Under the pieces are notes generated by a model, which was not told where the DNA came from, did not search any database, and saw only the letters and a program-made list of their open reading frames with translations. Below, piece by piece: positions 46,174-54,381 of a stretch of DNA of 54,381 nucleotides (positions are counted from its first letter, which is position 1; every line of letters begins with the position of its first letter). The stretch lies in sequence record SRR31156797_302; one strand, written 5' to 3'. The position numbers were made by a program, and so were the translations under genes.

Positions 46174-47358
46174 TTATGTTAGTTGTTCAAAGGTACCCCA
46201 CACTTTTACTTCTTGTTCTTCTACCATTGTTCTGCCTTTTGCTAGAACCGTTTCTACTGCTAATGAGTCTTTGTTCAGCAAGCAAATATCAGCATCCATC
46301 CCTGCTGCAAGACGTCCCTTTTGATCAAGCTTCAATACTTTCGCTGGATTGGAAGTGATTGCTCGAATGGCGATCTCCAATGGAATCTGCTCTTTTTGGA
46401 CTGCTTCTTTAATGCCTACCATCAGCGCTCGCGAACTGCCGACACCCAGACCTATGAATTGATTGTTTTCATCAAAGTACGGGAGGCTGCCTTGCCCATC
46501 AGAGGTCATGGTAAATTGATCCAGCCCGATCCCTTCTGCTAACAAACGTTTCAATCCTTTACTGAAGCGAACCTCATCGTCTTCTTTTTCCCAGAAATCA
46601 GGATCTTCACTCGCCGTAAAATCGATCGTTCCACCCATTTTTGCAAAAGCAATACTTGCTTCGAAAAGCTCACTGGTCCGATTGGCATGTGTCGGTAAAA
46701 ATTGGCTGATTGGAATCTCTGTCTCTTCGATGGTTCGTAAAAGCAGCTCATATTTTTTCTTTCCTCCACCTAAGTGGACGTTTACGATACCTGCTTTTCC
46801 AGAAAGCATCCCACCAACACGAGCATCCGCAACCGCGCGGGTAAATTCTTCGAAACTTGGTTGTGAAGAACGATGGTCAGAAACGGCAATTTCACCGATA
46901 CCAATAATTTTATCGATAGTCAAAAAATCTTGGATGATGGAATCCGTGACGGGCGCCAAAGGCAATCGATACGAACCGTCATAAAGATAAGTCGTGATGC
47001 CTTCCGCCTCTAGTCCACGCGCCTTACTGATCAAGGCAGTCATATCTCTGCCTACTCCGTCAGTACCTAAACAGCCAACCACTGTCGTTACTCCTGCAGA
47101 GGTCAATTGACTCAATTTCACTTCTGGTGTCCGGTTTTGAAAGCCGCCTTCCCCGCCACCTCCTAAGATATGAAAGTGGCAGTCAATAAAGCCGGGCACA
47201 GCGAGTAACCCTGTGCCATCGATTTCTTCAAGAGGAACACCTGAGAATCCTCCTTCAATCGAATCTTGAATAGCAATGATCTTGTCTTCATTTAATAAAA
47301 TATCTTTTTTTCCTAAATAGTCAGGAGCGTAAACCTCTGCTTGTCGTATCACCTTCAT
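46174..47358 (-). CDS. iadA: Beta-aspartyl peptidase (isoaspartyl dipeptidase, amidohydrolase family)
   Basis: PGFIDCHFHILGGGGEGG, RTPE, GCLGTDG, GEIAVSDHRSSQP, SDGQGSLP. Confidence 0.92.
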   Translation of the reverse strand: MKVIRQAEVYAPDYLGKKDILLNEDKIIAIQDSIEGGFSGVPLEEIDGTGLLAVPGFIDCHFHILGGGGEGGFQNRTPEVKLSQLTSAGVTTVVGCLGTDGVGRDMTALISKARGLEAEGITTYLYDGSYRLPLAPVTDSIIQDFLTIDKIIGIGEIAVSDHRSSQPSFEEFTRAVADARVGGMLSGKAGIVNVHLGGGKKKYELLLRTIEETEIPISQFLPTHANRTSELFEASIAFAKMGGTIDFTASEDPDFWEKEDDEVRFSKGLKRLLAEGIGLDQFTMTSDGQGSLPYFDENNQFIGLGVGSSRALMVGIKEAVQKEQIPLEIAIRAITSNPAKVLKLDQKGRLAAGMDADICLLNKDSLAVETVLAKGRTMVEEQEVKVWGTFEQLT

Positions 47359-47388
47359 AAGTGCTTCCTCCTTGTGGCTGATTACTTC

Positions 47389-49134
47389 TTATTGCAAGCC
47401 GATTGCGACCGCAATAAAGATAAAAATGGTTCCTAATACAAATAAGAAACCTTGCATTTTGATCTGGAATTTCGCCCATTTCACCCATTCGATTCTTGCG
47501 ACACCTAAGACACCGATCAGACTTGCCGATACTGGAGTGAAGGCATCCATAAAGCCCGAGCCTAATTGATAAGCCAAGACAGCGATCTGTCTAGAGACAC
47601 CTAAAAGATCGGCTAATGGCGCCATGATCGGCATGGTTAATGCAGCTTGACCTGAATTTGAAGTCACGATCAAATTGAAGAAGCTTTGGAAAATGTACAT
47701 GAACCAGGCACCAATAAATGCTGGAACATTGCTTAACAAACCGCCGATGCTGTGCAAAATCGTATTCAACGCTGACGGCACATTGGCATCAGAACCGCCG
47801 AGAACCAGAAGAATCCCTTTGGCCATCCCCACAACGATTGCAGTTCCTGCCAATTCTGAGGCACCAGATTGAAAGGCACTCGCCACATCATTCAAGCCCA
47901 TATTTTCTAATTTGAAAAGAACCGCTATGATTCCTGCCCCTAAGCCCATAACAAAGAATTGAGAAGCAATCTCGGGAATATAGTAGCCTTTCTGCGTCAC
48001 ACCCCATACGATCCAGATCAAAACCGCCAGCATTTCAACCAAGATCAATTTATGACCTAATAAAAATGGTTTTTGCTCACTGGAGGTTTTTTCAAGATGA
48101 TTTCTAAAATACGCATCCGATTGATACGTTAGCGATTTCTCAGGATTCTTGCGAATTCTTTCGGCATAGATCATGAGGTACCCTGCGGATAGTGCGGTAA
48201 CCACGACCCACATGATGATTCGGAACGTTGCGCCTGAAAGAACGGGAATACCTGCGATCCCTTGAGCTACTGCCACACTAAACGGACTCATCCACGAGGT
48301 GGCATTTCCAATCTGGGAGGCGACATAGGTGACGGTGACCGCCACGATCGAATCATACCCCAATGCGATCACGAAAGGCACCATGACCATCGAAAACGGA
48401 ATGACTTCTTCTGCCATCCCAAAGGTAGCGCCCCCAAATGAAAAAGCAAAGAACAACAGCGGCAATGCCAAGCGTTCTAATCCACGAGTTTTGCTGATAA
48501 ATGCAAAGATCCCCGCATCAATCGCTCCGGTTTGCATGATAATACCAAACGCACCACCGACCACTAGGATCAGTGCTGCGATCCCAACTGCTGAGCCGTA
48601 TTTATCACCAGAAACCAATCCTTCAAAAACAAAATTTAAGAAGCCGAAACCGTTAAAGTCATCAGTTCCCCAAACCTTGGCTGTTTTGTGCAGTTTTTCA
48701 GAAGTATCATAAATTTTTTCGCCGTAAAGACTGTAAAGCGTGTCATCGGTCAGTCCCACCTCATCTAATTGACTCTGGGACAACTCTTTAGGCCCTTCAG
48801 CTAGAACAGCTGCTAAAGCCTCAGGATCGACATCTAATTCTTCCAACTCTTGTGGATCGTCTTCCAATTGATTCAACTGTTGATAGACGTATTCGTTATC
48901 TAACGGGTAGGCATAACGAAACGAATCTTGCATCAAGACCGTTCTGGTACTTATTTCCCCATTTGCATCGGTATACTCGATTTCTTGTGTACTGAATTTT
49001 CCAGCGGGAACTAAGAAAGTCAGCAACCACGCCAACAATACGACCCCAAAGATGATGACATACGTATGAGGCGTTTTCATTTTAGTTAAATCTTTCTTTT
49101 CTTTCCCCTTTTTCGCTTTTTTTCCAATTGTCAC
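47389..49134 (-). CDS. yfcC: YfcC-family (DcuC/ArcD-like) transporter
   Basis: PHTYVIIF...LVPAGKF, GMAEEVIPF, GYDSIVA, SGQAALTMPIMAPLADL. GTG start 49134 assumed. Confidence 0.85.
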   Translation of the reverse strand: MTIGKKAKKGKEKKDLTKMKTPHTYVIIFGVVLLAWLLTFLVPAGKFSTQEIEYTDANGEISTRTVLMQDSFRYAYPLDNEYVYQQLNQLEDDPQELEELDVDPEALAAVLAEGPKELSQSQLDEVGLTDDTLYSLYGEKIYDTSEKLHKTAKVWGTDDFNGFGFLNFVFEGLVSGDKYGSAVGIAALILVVGGAFGIIMQTGAIDAGIFAFISKTRGLERLALPLLFFAFSFGGATFGMAEEVIPFSMVMVPFVIALGYDSIVAVTVTYVASQIGNATSWMSPFSVAVAQGIAGIPVLSGATFRIIMWVVVTALSAGYLMIYAERIRKNPEKSLTYQSDAYFRNHLEKTSSEQKPFLLGHKLILVEMLAVLIWIVWGVTQKGYYIPEIASQFFVMGLGAGIIAVLFKLENMGLNDVASAFQSGASELAGTAIVVGMAKGILLVLGGSDANVPSALNTILHSIGGLLSNVPAFIGAWFMYIFQSFFNLIVTSNSGQAALTMPIMAPLADLLGVSRQIAVLAYQLGSGFMDAFTPVSASLIGVLGVARIEWVKWAKFQIKMQGFLFVLGTIFIFIAVAIGLQ

Positions 49135-49278
49135 TTTTTCTCTCCCTTTCCCTTTGCAGCGTTCTGCATAAATTATCATTTTTGCCTATTTTTTAGTATA
49201 TCGAAAAAACGTTTTTTCCTCATGGGGAAAGCATTAGAATTCAAATAAACTACGTTATAAAAAGAAAGAAAAAGAAAA

Positions 49279-49311
49279 AGTGAAAAGAAGCCAGAAACGC
49301 TTCTTTTCACT
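49279..49311 (-). terminator. ribF terminator
   Basis: AGTGAAAAGAAGC...GCTTCTTTTCACT followed by a long U-rich tract on minus strand. Confidence 0.75.
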
Positions 49312-49319
49312 ACGAATGC

Positions 49320-50279
49320 TTAGTTTTCTTCAGAAAGCCCATCAAAATAAGTTTCAGTGTCTCGTTCATCTTGCTTTAATTGTTCGATCAACGCTTGTGC
49401 GCCATTGAAAGCGACTTGATCACGTAAGAAATGATGCCAGCGGATCGCCACGGTTTCACCATAGATATCTTGGTGAAAATCGAGAATATAGATTTCAACT
49501 GTTAACTGGCGCCCCTGACCAAACGTATCATTGTGACCAATCGATCCCATCGATGGATACCACTTGTCACCGACTTTGATTTCCGTCACATAGACGCCTT
49601 CTTTTGGCAACCGAACGGTGCTCTTTACTTTGATATTCGCGGTTGGAAACCCAAGTTCTCGTCCTCTAGCATCACCGTGAACGACGGTTCCTTCAAATTC
49701 ATAAATATACCCTAACAAGCGATTGACTTGTGCCATATCGCCATTTTGTAGGGCAGAGCGAATGCGTGTGGAGCTAACCTTTTCTTCATCAAACGATTCT
49801 TGCGCGACAGTCACAACTTCAAAACGATTTTCTGCATATGTTGGTAACAGCGCCATGTTGGCTATCTCTTTCTTGCCGTAGGTATAGTCGAATCCAGCAA
49901 CAACAACTTTTGCATGCAGACCGATCATGTATTCATCCACAAACACCTGTGGTGCCAGATTTGCAAAAGCAGAAGTAAACTCAATGATATAAAGAATATC
50001 TACTCCAAGCTTTTCCATATGCGCTTCCTTTTGAGCCAAGCTGGTCAGGTATTGCATTTTTTCAGGATCGACTTTTTGAAAAACGATCGAGGGATGTTGA
50101 TTAAAGGTCATTAATGCCAATTTTAACCCTTTTTCTTCTGCGATCTTTCGTCCTGTTTCAATGACTTTCTGATGACCTAGATGTACGCCATCGAAAAAGC
50201 CTAACACTAAGACGATCTCCTCATCAGGAATCGTTTCGTGATCATAAGGGTGTCTCATTTCAATGATTTCCATGTTCAT
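49320..50279 (-). CDS. ribF: Bifunctional riboflavin kinase/FAD synthetase
   Basis: GFFDGVHLGHQ, VSSTRIR, GRELGFPTAN. Confidence 0.96.
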   Translation of the reverse strand: MNMEIIEMRHPYDHETIPDEEIVLVLGFFDGVHLGHQKVIETGRKIAEEKGLKLALMTFNQHPSIVFQKVDPEKMQYLTSLAQKEAHMEKLGVDILYIIEFTSAFANLAPQVFVDEYMIGLHAKVVVAGFDYTYGKKEIANMALLPTYAENRFEVVTVAQESFDEEKVSSTRIRSALQNGDMAQVNRLLGYIYEFEGTVVHGDARGRELGFPTANIKVKSTVRLPKEGVYVTEIKVGDKWYPSMGSIGHNDTFGQGRQLTVEIYILDFHQDIYGETVAIRWHHFLRDQVAFNGAQALIEQLKQDERDTETYFDGLSEEN

Positions 50280-51202
50280 TCTCCTATTTCTGTACGGATG
50301 ACTTTTACCGGTTTCATCATATCTTGGTATTTGTCATGAGCTTTATAGATACTGATCAATTGTTCTCGATAAAAAATCGCCACTAATTCCTCTGGGCGCT
50401 TTGGTAATCCAAACACGCTGAAAGGCAAGCGCATGCCATTTTTTACTTTCTGCCAGAGGTCCGCATCGATCGTCACTTGAACAAACTCCGATACCCCATA
50501 TTCCACCGGTAGCAGTAGTTCCGAAACACGTTGTTCATCGACTGCCTTTTGCACCTCTGCAATCGTGTAAGATTGTTCTTTAGAAAAACCACCGCTTTTT
50601 AAGCGAGTCAAATCAGACATATGCGCGGGTACACCCAGCAATTTTCCTGTGTCGACCGCTAACGTGCGAACATAAGTCCCTTTTCCACAAGAAACTTCAA
50701 AACGCCAGCTTTGCGTATTGTCCTCATGAAAAACCGGCTCTGAAATTCGTTTGAAGGAATAAATTTCTGCTTTGCGCTGTGGTCGCTCGACAGTTTCATT
50801 GTTGCGAGCATATTCGTAAAGTCGTTTGCCATTGACTTTGACCGCCGAATACATCGGCGGGATCTGGGTAATCGTCCCCGTCAACTGTTTCATTGCCTGA
50901 TCGATTTCTGTCTTCGTAAACGGACGAGTTAGTGCTTGTTGTTCAACGATATCCCCCGACCGATCTTCTGTAGTGGTACTGAAGCCCAAGGTGATTTCCC
51001 CGGTGTAGACTTTTCCAGAATCAACCAAGTATTCGACGATCTTCGTTCCTTTTCCGATACAAATGGGCAAGACACCATCCACGTCAGGATCTAGTGTGCC
51101 GCTGTGTCCGATTTTTTTTGTCTTTAATATTTTTCGTAATTTAAACACGCAGTCGTGACTTGTTTGTCCACGCTCTTTCCATAATGGTAAAATCCCGTCC
51201 AT
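50276..51202 (-). CDS. truB: tRNA pseudouridine(55) synthase
   Basis: KIGHSGTLDP, QIPPMYSAVK, CGKGTYVRTL. Start moved to ATG 51202 after GGAGG. Confidence 0.96.
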   Translation of the reverse strand: MDGILPLWKERGQTSHDCVFKLRKILKTKKIGHSGTLDPDVDGVLPICIGKGTKIVEYLVDSGKVYTGEITLGFSTTTEDRSGDIVEQQALTRPFTKTEIDQAMKQLTGTITQIPPMYSAVKVNGKRLYEYARNNETVERPQRKAEIYSFKRISEPVFHEDNTQSWRFEVSCGKGTYVRTLAVDTGKLLGVPAHMSDLTRLKSGGFSKEQSYTIAEVQKAVDEQRVSELLLPVEYGVSEFVQVTIDADLWQKVKNGMRLPFSVFGLPKRPEELVAIFYREQLISIYKAHDKYQDMMKPVKVIRTEIGE

Positions 51203-51324
51203 CGTATTCCTCCATTTCACTTCAACTTGCTTATTATAACATATAAAAAAAATTCATTGCACGACAAAATCCTTTTCGCTCCTTCTCATTACATGATAAA
51301 CTAAGCATATAAGGAGGTCCTAAA

Positions 51325-51903
51325 ATGGTTGTTTTAACGATAGGGTCATTTATTGGATTTGCCATCTTTTTGATCATGATTCAGCTCGGCACGATGCAGC
51401 GTTGGGAAGAAGCGTTTGCTTTGCAGATCATCCAAAGCCGTACGCCTTCTTTGACGCGCATGATGCACTTTTTTACCAATTTAGGAAAAGCCTTTCCGAC
51501 AGTTGCGATCGCTTTACTATTGTTTGTCTTTCCATCATCGCGGGCGGATCTTGCACCAAAAACAGCAGTCAGTATCTTCATAGTATCAGCAGCTGCTTAC
51601 CTGATCAAACGGATCGTCCGACGAGATCGTCCGATCGATCATCGTTTAGTTGAAGAAAAAGATCACAGCTTTCCTAGTGCCCATGCTGCCACATCCGCTG
51701 CCATGTACGGAACGATCGCCTTGAATCTTGGACAATTGGTTCCCTCAGCAGTCCTTCCGATGAGTCTGCTGGCAGTTTTGTTAAGCTTTATGATCGGCTT
51801 TAGCAGAGTCTACTTAGGGATCCATTTTTTAACAGATGTGATCGGAGGCTGGCTCTTGGGGACAGGTGTTGCTGGACTGGTAACTTTACTGATGAATACC
51901 TGA
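51325..51903 (+). CDS. PAP2-family membrane phosphatase
   Basis: K-x6-RP, SFPSAH and SRVYLGIHFLTDV motifs, AAGGAGG RBS. Confidence 0.9.
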   Translation: MVVLTIGSFIGFAIFLIMIQLGTMQRWEEAFALQIIQSRTPSLTRMMHFFTNLGKAFPTVAIALLLFVFPSSRADLAPKTAVSIFIVSAAAYLIKRIVRRDRPIDHRLVEEKDHSFPSAHAATSAAMYGTIALNLGQLVPSAVLPMSLLAVLLSFMIGFSRVYLGIHFLTDVIGGWLLGTGVAGLVTLLMNT

Positions 51904-51917
51904 TGCTCTTTTCAAAT

Positions 51918-51957
51918 AAAAAAGAACAGCTTCGATTGGAAGCTGCTCTTTTTTTTA
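51918..51957. terminator. Bidirectional terminator between PAP2 gene and rbfA
   Basis: AAAAAAGAACAGCTTC-gattg-GAAGCTGCTCTTTTTT. Confidence 0.75.
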
Positions 51958-52305
51958 TTCTTCTGAGTGCAATGCGCGAATCATTTCATCAATTTTATTC
52001 CCGTATTGTACTGATTCATCCAATTCGAATTGGATTTCTGGAACTTTATAGAGCGTTAACGCTTGACCTAATTCACGACGAACCAAGCCAGTTGCTTTTT
52101 CCAGTCCTGCTTGGGCTTTTTGCTTATCTGAAGCTAAGTCCGTTAGGGTGCTGTAAAAGATCGTTGCTTGCTGTAAATCTCCAGTTACTCGTACATCTGT
52201 GATCGTCACATCTTGCACGCGAGGATCACGAACTTTTTTACGAAGAATTTGATTGACTTCTTTTAAGATTTCTTGTGCCACTCGGCGATCTCGATAGTTA
52301 GCCAT
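51955..52305 (-). CDS. rbfA: Ribosome-binding factor A
   Basis: [34 protein letters not shown]. Confidence 0.96.
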   Translation of the reverse strand: MANYRDRRVAQEILKEVNQILRKKVRDPRVQDVTITDVRVTGDLQQATIFYSTLTDLASDKQKAQAGLEKATGLVRRELGQALTLYKVPEIQFELDESVQYGNKIDEMIRALHSEE

Positions 52306-52337
52306 TCAAAAAGCCTCCTTGTATAGTTGTCATTCCG

Positions 52338-54380
52338 TTATTTTGTCGGTACTTCTTCCATGACATAGCCTTCGATCACGTCATCAACTTTAAGATCGTT
52401 GAATTTCTCGATCATCGCGCCACATTCAAACCCTAGCTTCACTTCTTTGACATCATCTTTGAAGCGTTTCAAGCTGGCAAGTTTGCCTTCATAGATAACG
52501 ATGCCGTCACGGATCACGCGGACGCCACTGTCACGGCGAATACTGCCTTCCGTTACGTAGCAACCTGCGATCGTGCCCACTTTAGATACTTTGTATGTTT
52601 CACGAACGATCATTTGACCAGTGATTTTTTCTTCGAATTCAGGATCAAGCATCCCTTTCATCGCAGTTTCGATTTCTTCGATCGCTTTGTAGATGATGCG
52701 ATGCAAACGAATATCGACTTTTTCCGCTTCCGCTTGCTGTTTGGCTTGCGGTGTTGGACGGACGTTGAATCCGATGATGATGGCATTACTTGCTGCTGCT
52801 AGCGTTACATCACTTTCATTGATTGCACCAACGGCTGAATGGACGATGTTCACTCGCACACCTTCAACATCGATTTTCTTCAATGAAGCAGCTAATGCTT
52901 CAGCTGAACCTTGTACGTCTGCTTTGATGATGACATTTACTTCTTTCAGTTCGCCTTCTTTTAGACTTTCAAACAAGTTATCCAATGTCACACGACTGCT
53001 TGATGCGCGTTGCTCCATCAAAGCACGTTTTGCACGTTCTTCACCCGCTGCTCGAGCTGTTTTCTCGTCTTCAAAAGTAACGAAACGATCACCTGCTTGA
53101 GGCACATCATTCAATCCTGTGATTTCGACTGGTGTAGCAGGTCCAGCTGCTTTATCACGACGACCTAAATCATTCGTCATTACGCGAACACGACCGAAAG
53201 TATTCCCTACAACAATTGGATCACCTACATGAAGAGTCCCTTGTTGAACCAATAGTGTTGCTACAGGACCTTTTCCTTTATCAAGGCGCGCTTCAATGAC
53301 TGTACCGATCGCCCGTTGGGTAGGATCAGCTTTCAAATCTTCGACTTCTGCTACTAAGAGGATCATTTCAAGCAATTCTTCAATGTTTTGCCCAAATTTC
53401 GCTGAGATTTCAACGAAGATCGTATCGCCACCCCAAGCTTCTGGGATCAACTCATGTTCACTTAATTCTTGCATCACATGTTGTGGGTTAGCACCTGGTT
53501 TATCGATTTTGTTTACTGCAACGATGATCGGCACTTTTGCTGCTTTCGCATGGTTGATCGCTTCCACTGTTTGTGGCATCACTCCATCATCAGCTGCGAC
53601 AACAAGAATCGTGATATCGGTGATACTTGCTCCCCGTGCACGCATACTAGTGAAGGCCGCGTGTCCAGGAGTATCTAAGAAAGTAATTGGTTTGCCATTG
53701 ATGTCGATTTGGTAAGCGCCAATATGCTGCGTAATTCCCCCAGCTTCACCACTTGTTACGCGTGAATGACGTAAAGTATCAAGCAATGTTGTTTTCCCGT
53801 GGTCAACGTGACCCATGATCGTCACAACAGGTGGTCGTGATACTAAATTCTCTTCAATTTGTTCTTCTGCTTCGAAGAATTTATCGATGTCTGCGATATC
53901 CACTTGAACTTTTTCTTGTGGTTCGATTCCGTAATCGGTAGCAAGCAGTTCAATCGTATCTTTATCTAAAGGTTGGTTTTGATTGACCATAACCCCCATC
54001 ATAAAGAGTTTCTTGATGATCTCTGCTGGTTCACGGTAGATTTTTTTCGCGATATCCGCTACGTTCATGCCTTCTGAATATTCCAATACTTCTGGTAGCT
54101 CACGGAATTTACGTGCTGGAACTGGCGGTTTCTTTTCCGTCTGCTGACGGCCTTTTTTGCCTTTTTTATTGAATTTGTTGCGATTGTTATTGTTGAAATT
54201 ATTGTTGCGTCCACCGTAGTTTGACTTGCCGCGGTTTTGATTTCCTCCACGAGAATCATTCGATCCTTGCGGACGGTTATTGTTACGGTCTGCCCCTTGC
54301 GTATTTCCTGCAGATTGAGCGGCCGGACGGTTTTGTTGCCCTTGGTTATTTGGACGGTTTTGCTGTCCTTGGTTTGTTGG
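52338..54380 (-). CDS. infB: Translation initiation factor IF-2 (5' end lies beyond the window)
   Basis: [36 protein letters not shown]. Frame stays open past 54086 to the window edge. Confidence 0.97.
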   Translation of the reverse strand, partial: PTNQGQQNRPNNQGQQNRPAAQSAGNTQGADRNNNRPQGSNDSRGGNQNRGKSNYGGRNNNFNNNNRNKFNKKGKKGRQQTEKKPPVPARKFRELPEVLEYSEGMNVADIAKKIYREPAEIIKKLFMMGVMVNQNQPLDKDTIELLATDYGIEPQEKVQVDIADIDKFFEAEEQIEENLVSRPPVVTIMGHVDHGKTTLLDTLRHSRVTSGEAGGITQHIGAYQIDINGKPITFLDTPGHAAFTSMRARGASITDITILVVAADDGVMPQTVEAINHAKAAKVPIIVAVNKIDKPGANPQHVMQELSEHELIPEAWGGDTIFVEISAKFGQNIEELLEMILLVAEVEDLKADPTQRAIGTVIEARLDKGKGPVATLLVQQGTLHVGDPIVVGNTFGRVRVMTNDLGRRDKAAGPATPVEITGLNDVPQAGDRFVTFEDEKTARAAGEERAKRALMEQRASSSRVTLDNLFESLKEGELKEVNVIIKADVQGSAEALAASLKKIDVEGVRVNIVHSAVGAINESDVTLAAASNAIIIGFNVRPTPQAKQQAEAEKVDIRLHRIIYKAIEEIETAMKGMLDPEFEEKITGQMIVRETYKVSKVGTIAGCYVTEGSIRRDSGVRVIRDGIVIYEGKLASLKRFKDDVKEVKLGFECGAMIEKFNDLKVDDVIEGYVMEEVPTK

Positions 54381-54381
54381 G
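54325..54381 (-). repeat. Imperfect 27-bp tandem repeat in IF-2 N-terminal region (PxNQGQQNR)
   Basis: GGACGGTTTTGTTGCCCTTGGTTATTT followed by GGACGGTTTTGCTGTCCTTGGTTTGTT. Confidence 0.6.

Noticed and set aside
54065-54259. Separate 64-aa ORF suggesting an infB frameshift
   Set aside because: The infB frame is open to the window edge. This is an alternative-frame ORF.

Overview
Core-chromosome window from an Enterococcus. The casseliflavus/gallinarum group is a guess from protein style and moderate GC, not verified. It carries tig-clpX-ysxC, sppA-RDD, glmS with its ribozyme, cdaA-cdaR-glmM, pyruvate:ferredoxin oxidoreductase, rapZ-yvcK-whiA, D-Asp ligase and Asp racemase, uvrBA, a GlnPQ-type ABC transporter, a reverse-transsulfuration operon (mccA-mccB-methyltransferase-luxS), gldA, hemW-hrcA-grpE-dnaK-dnaJ, yfcC-iadA, truB-ribF, rbfA and the 3' part of infB. 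I found no transposase, prophage, CRISPR, rRNA or tRNA. The main finding, absent from the ORF track, is a 35-codon leader ORF with four tandem Cys (UGU) codons (36234-36341, minus strand). It has its own promoter and RBS, a candidate antiterminator and an intrinsic terminator ahead of mccA, which suggests a ribosome-stalling, cysteine-sensing attenuator for the Met-to-Cys/LuxS operon. Secondary findings are two candidate non-coding RNAs (about 44075-44316 and 22434-22537), a structured leader before a small basic ORF, and possible extra regulatory layers on glmS. All RNA structures were paired by eye, not computed.
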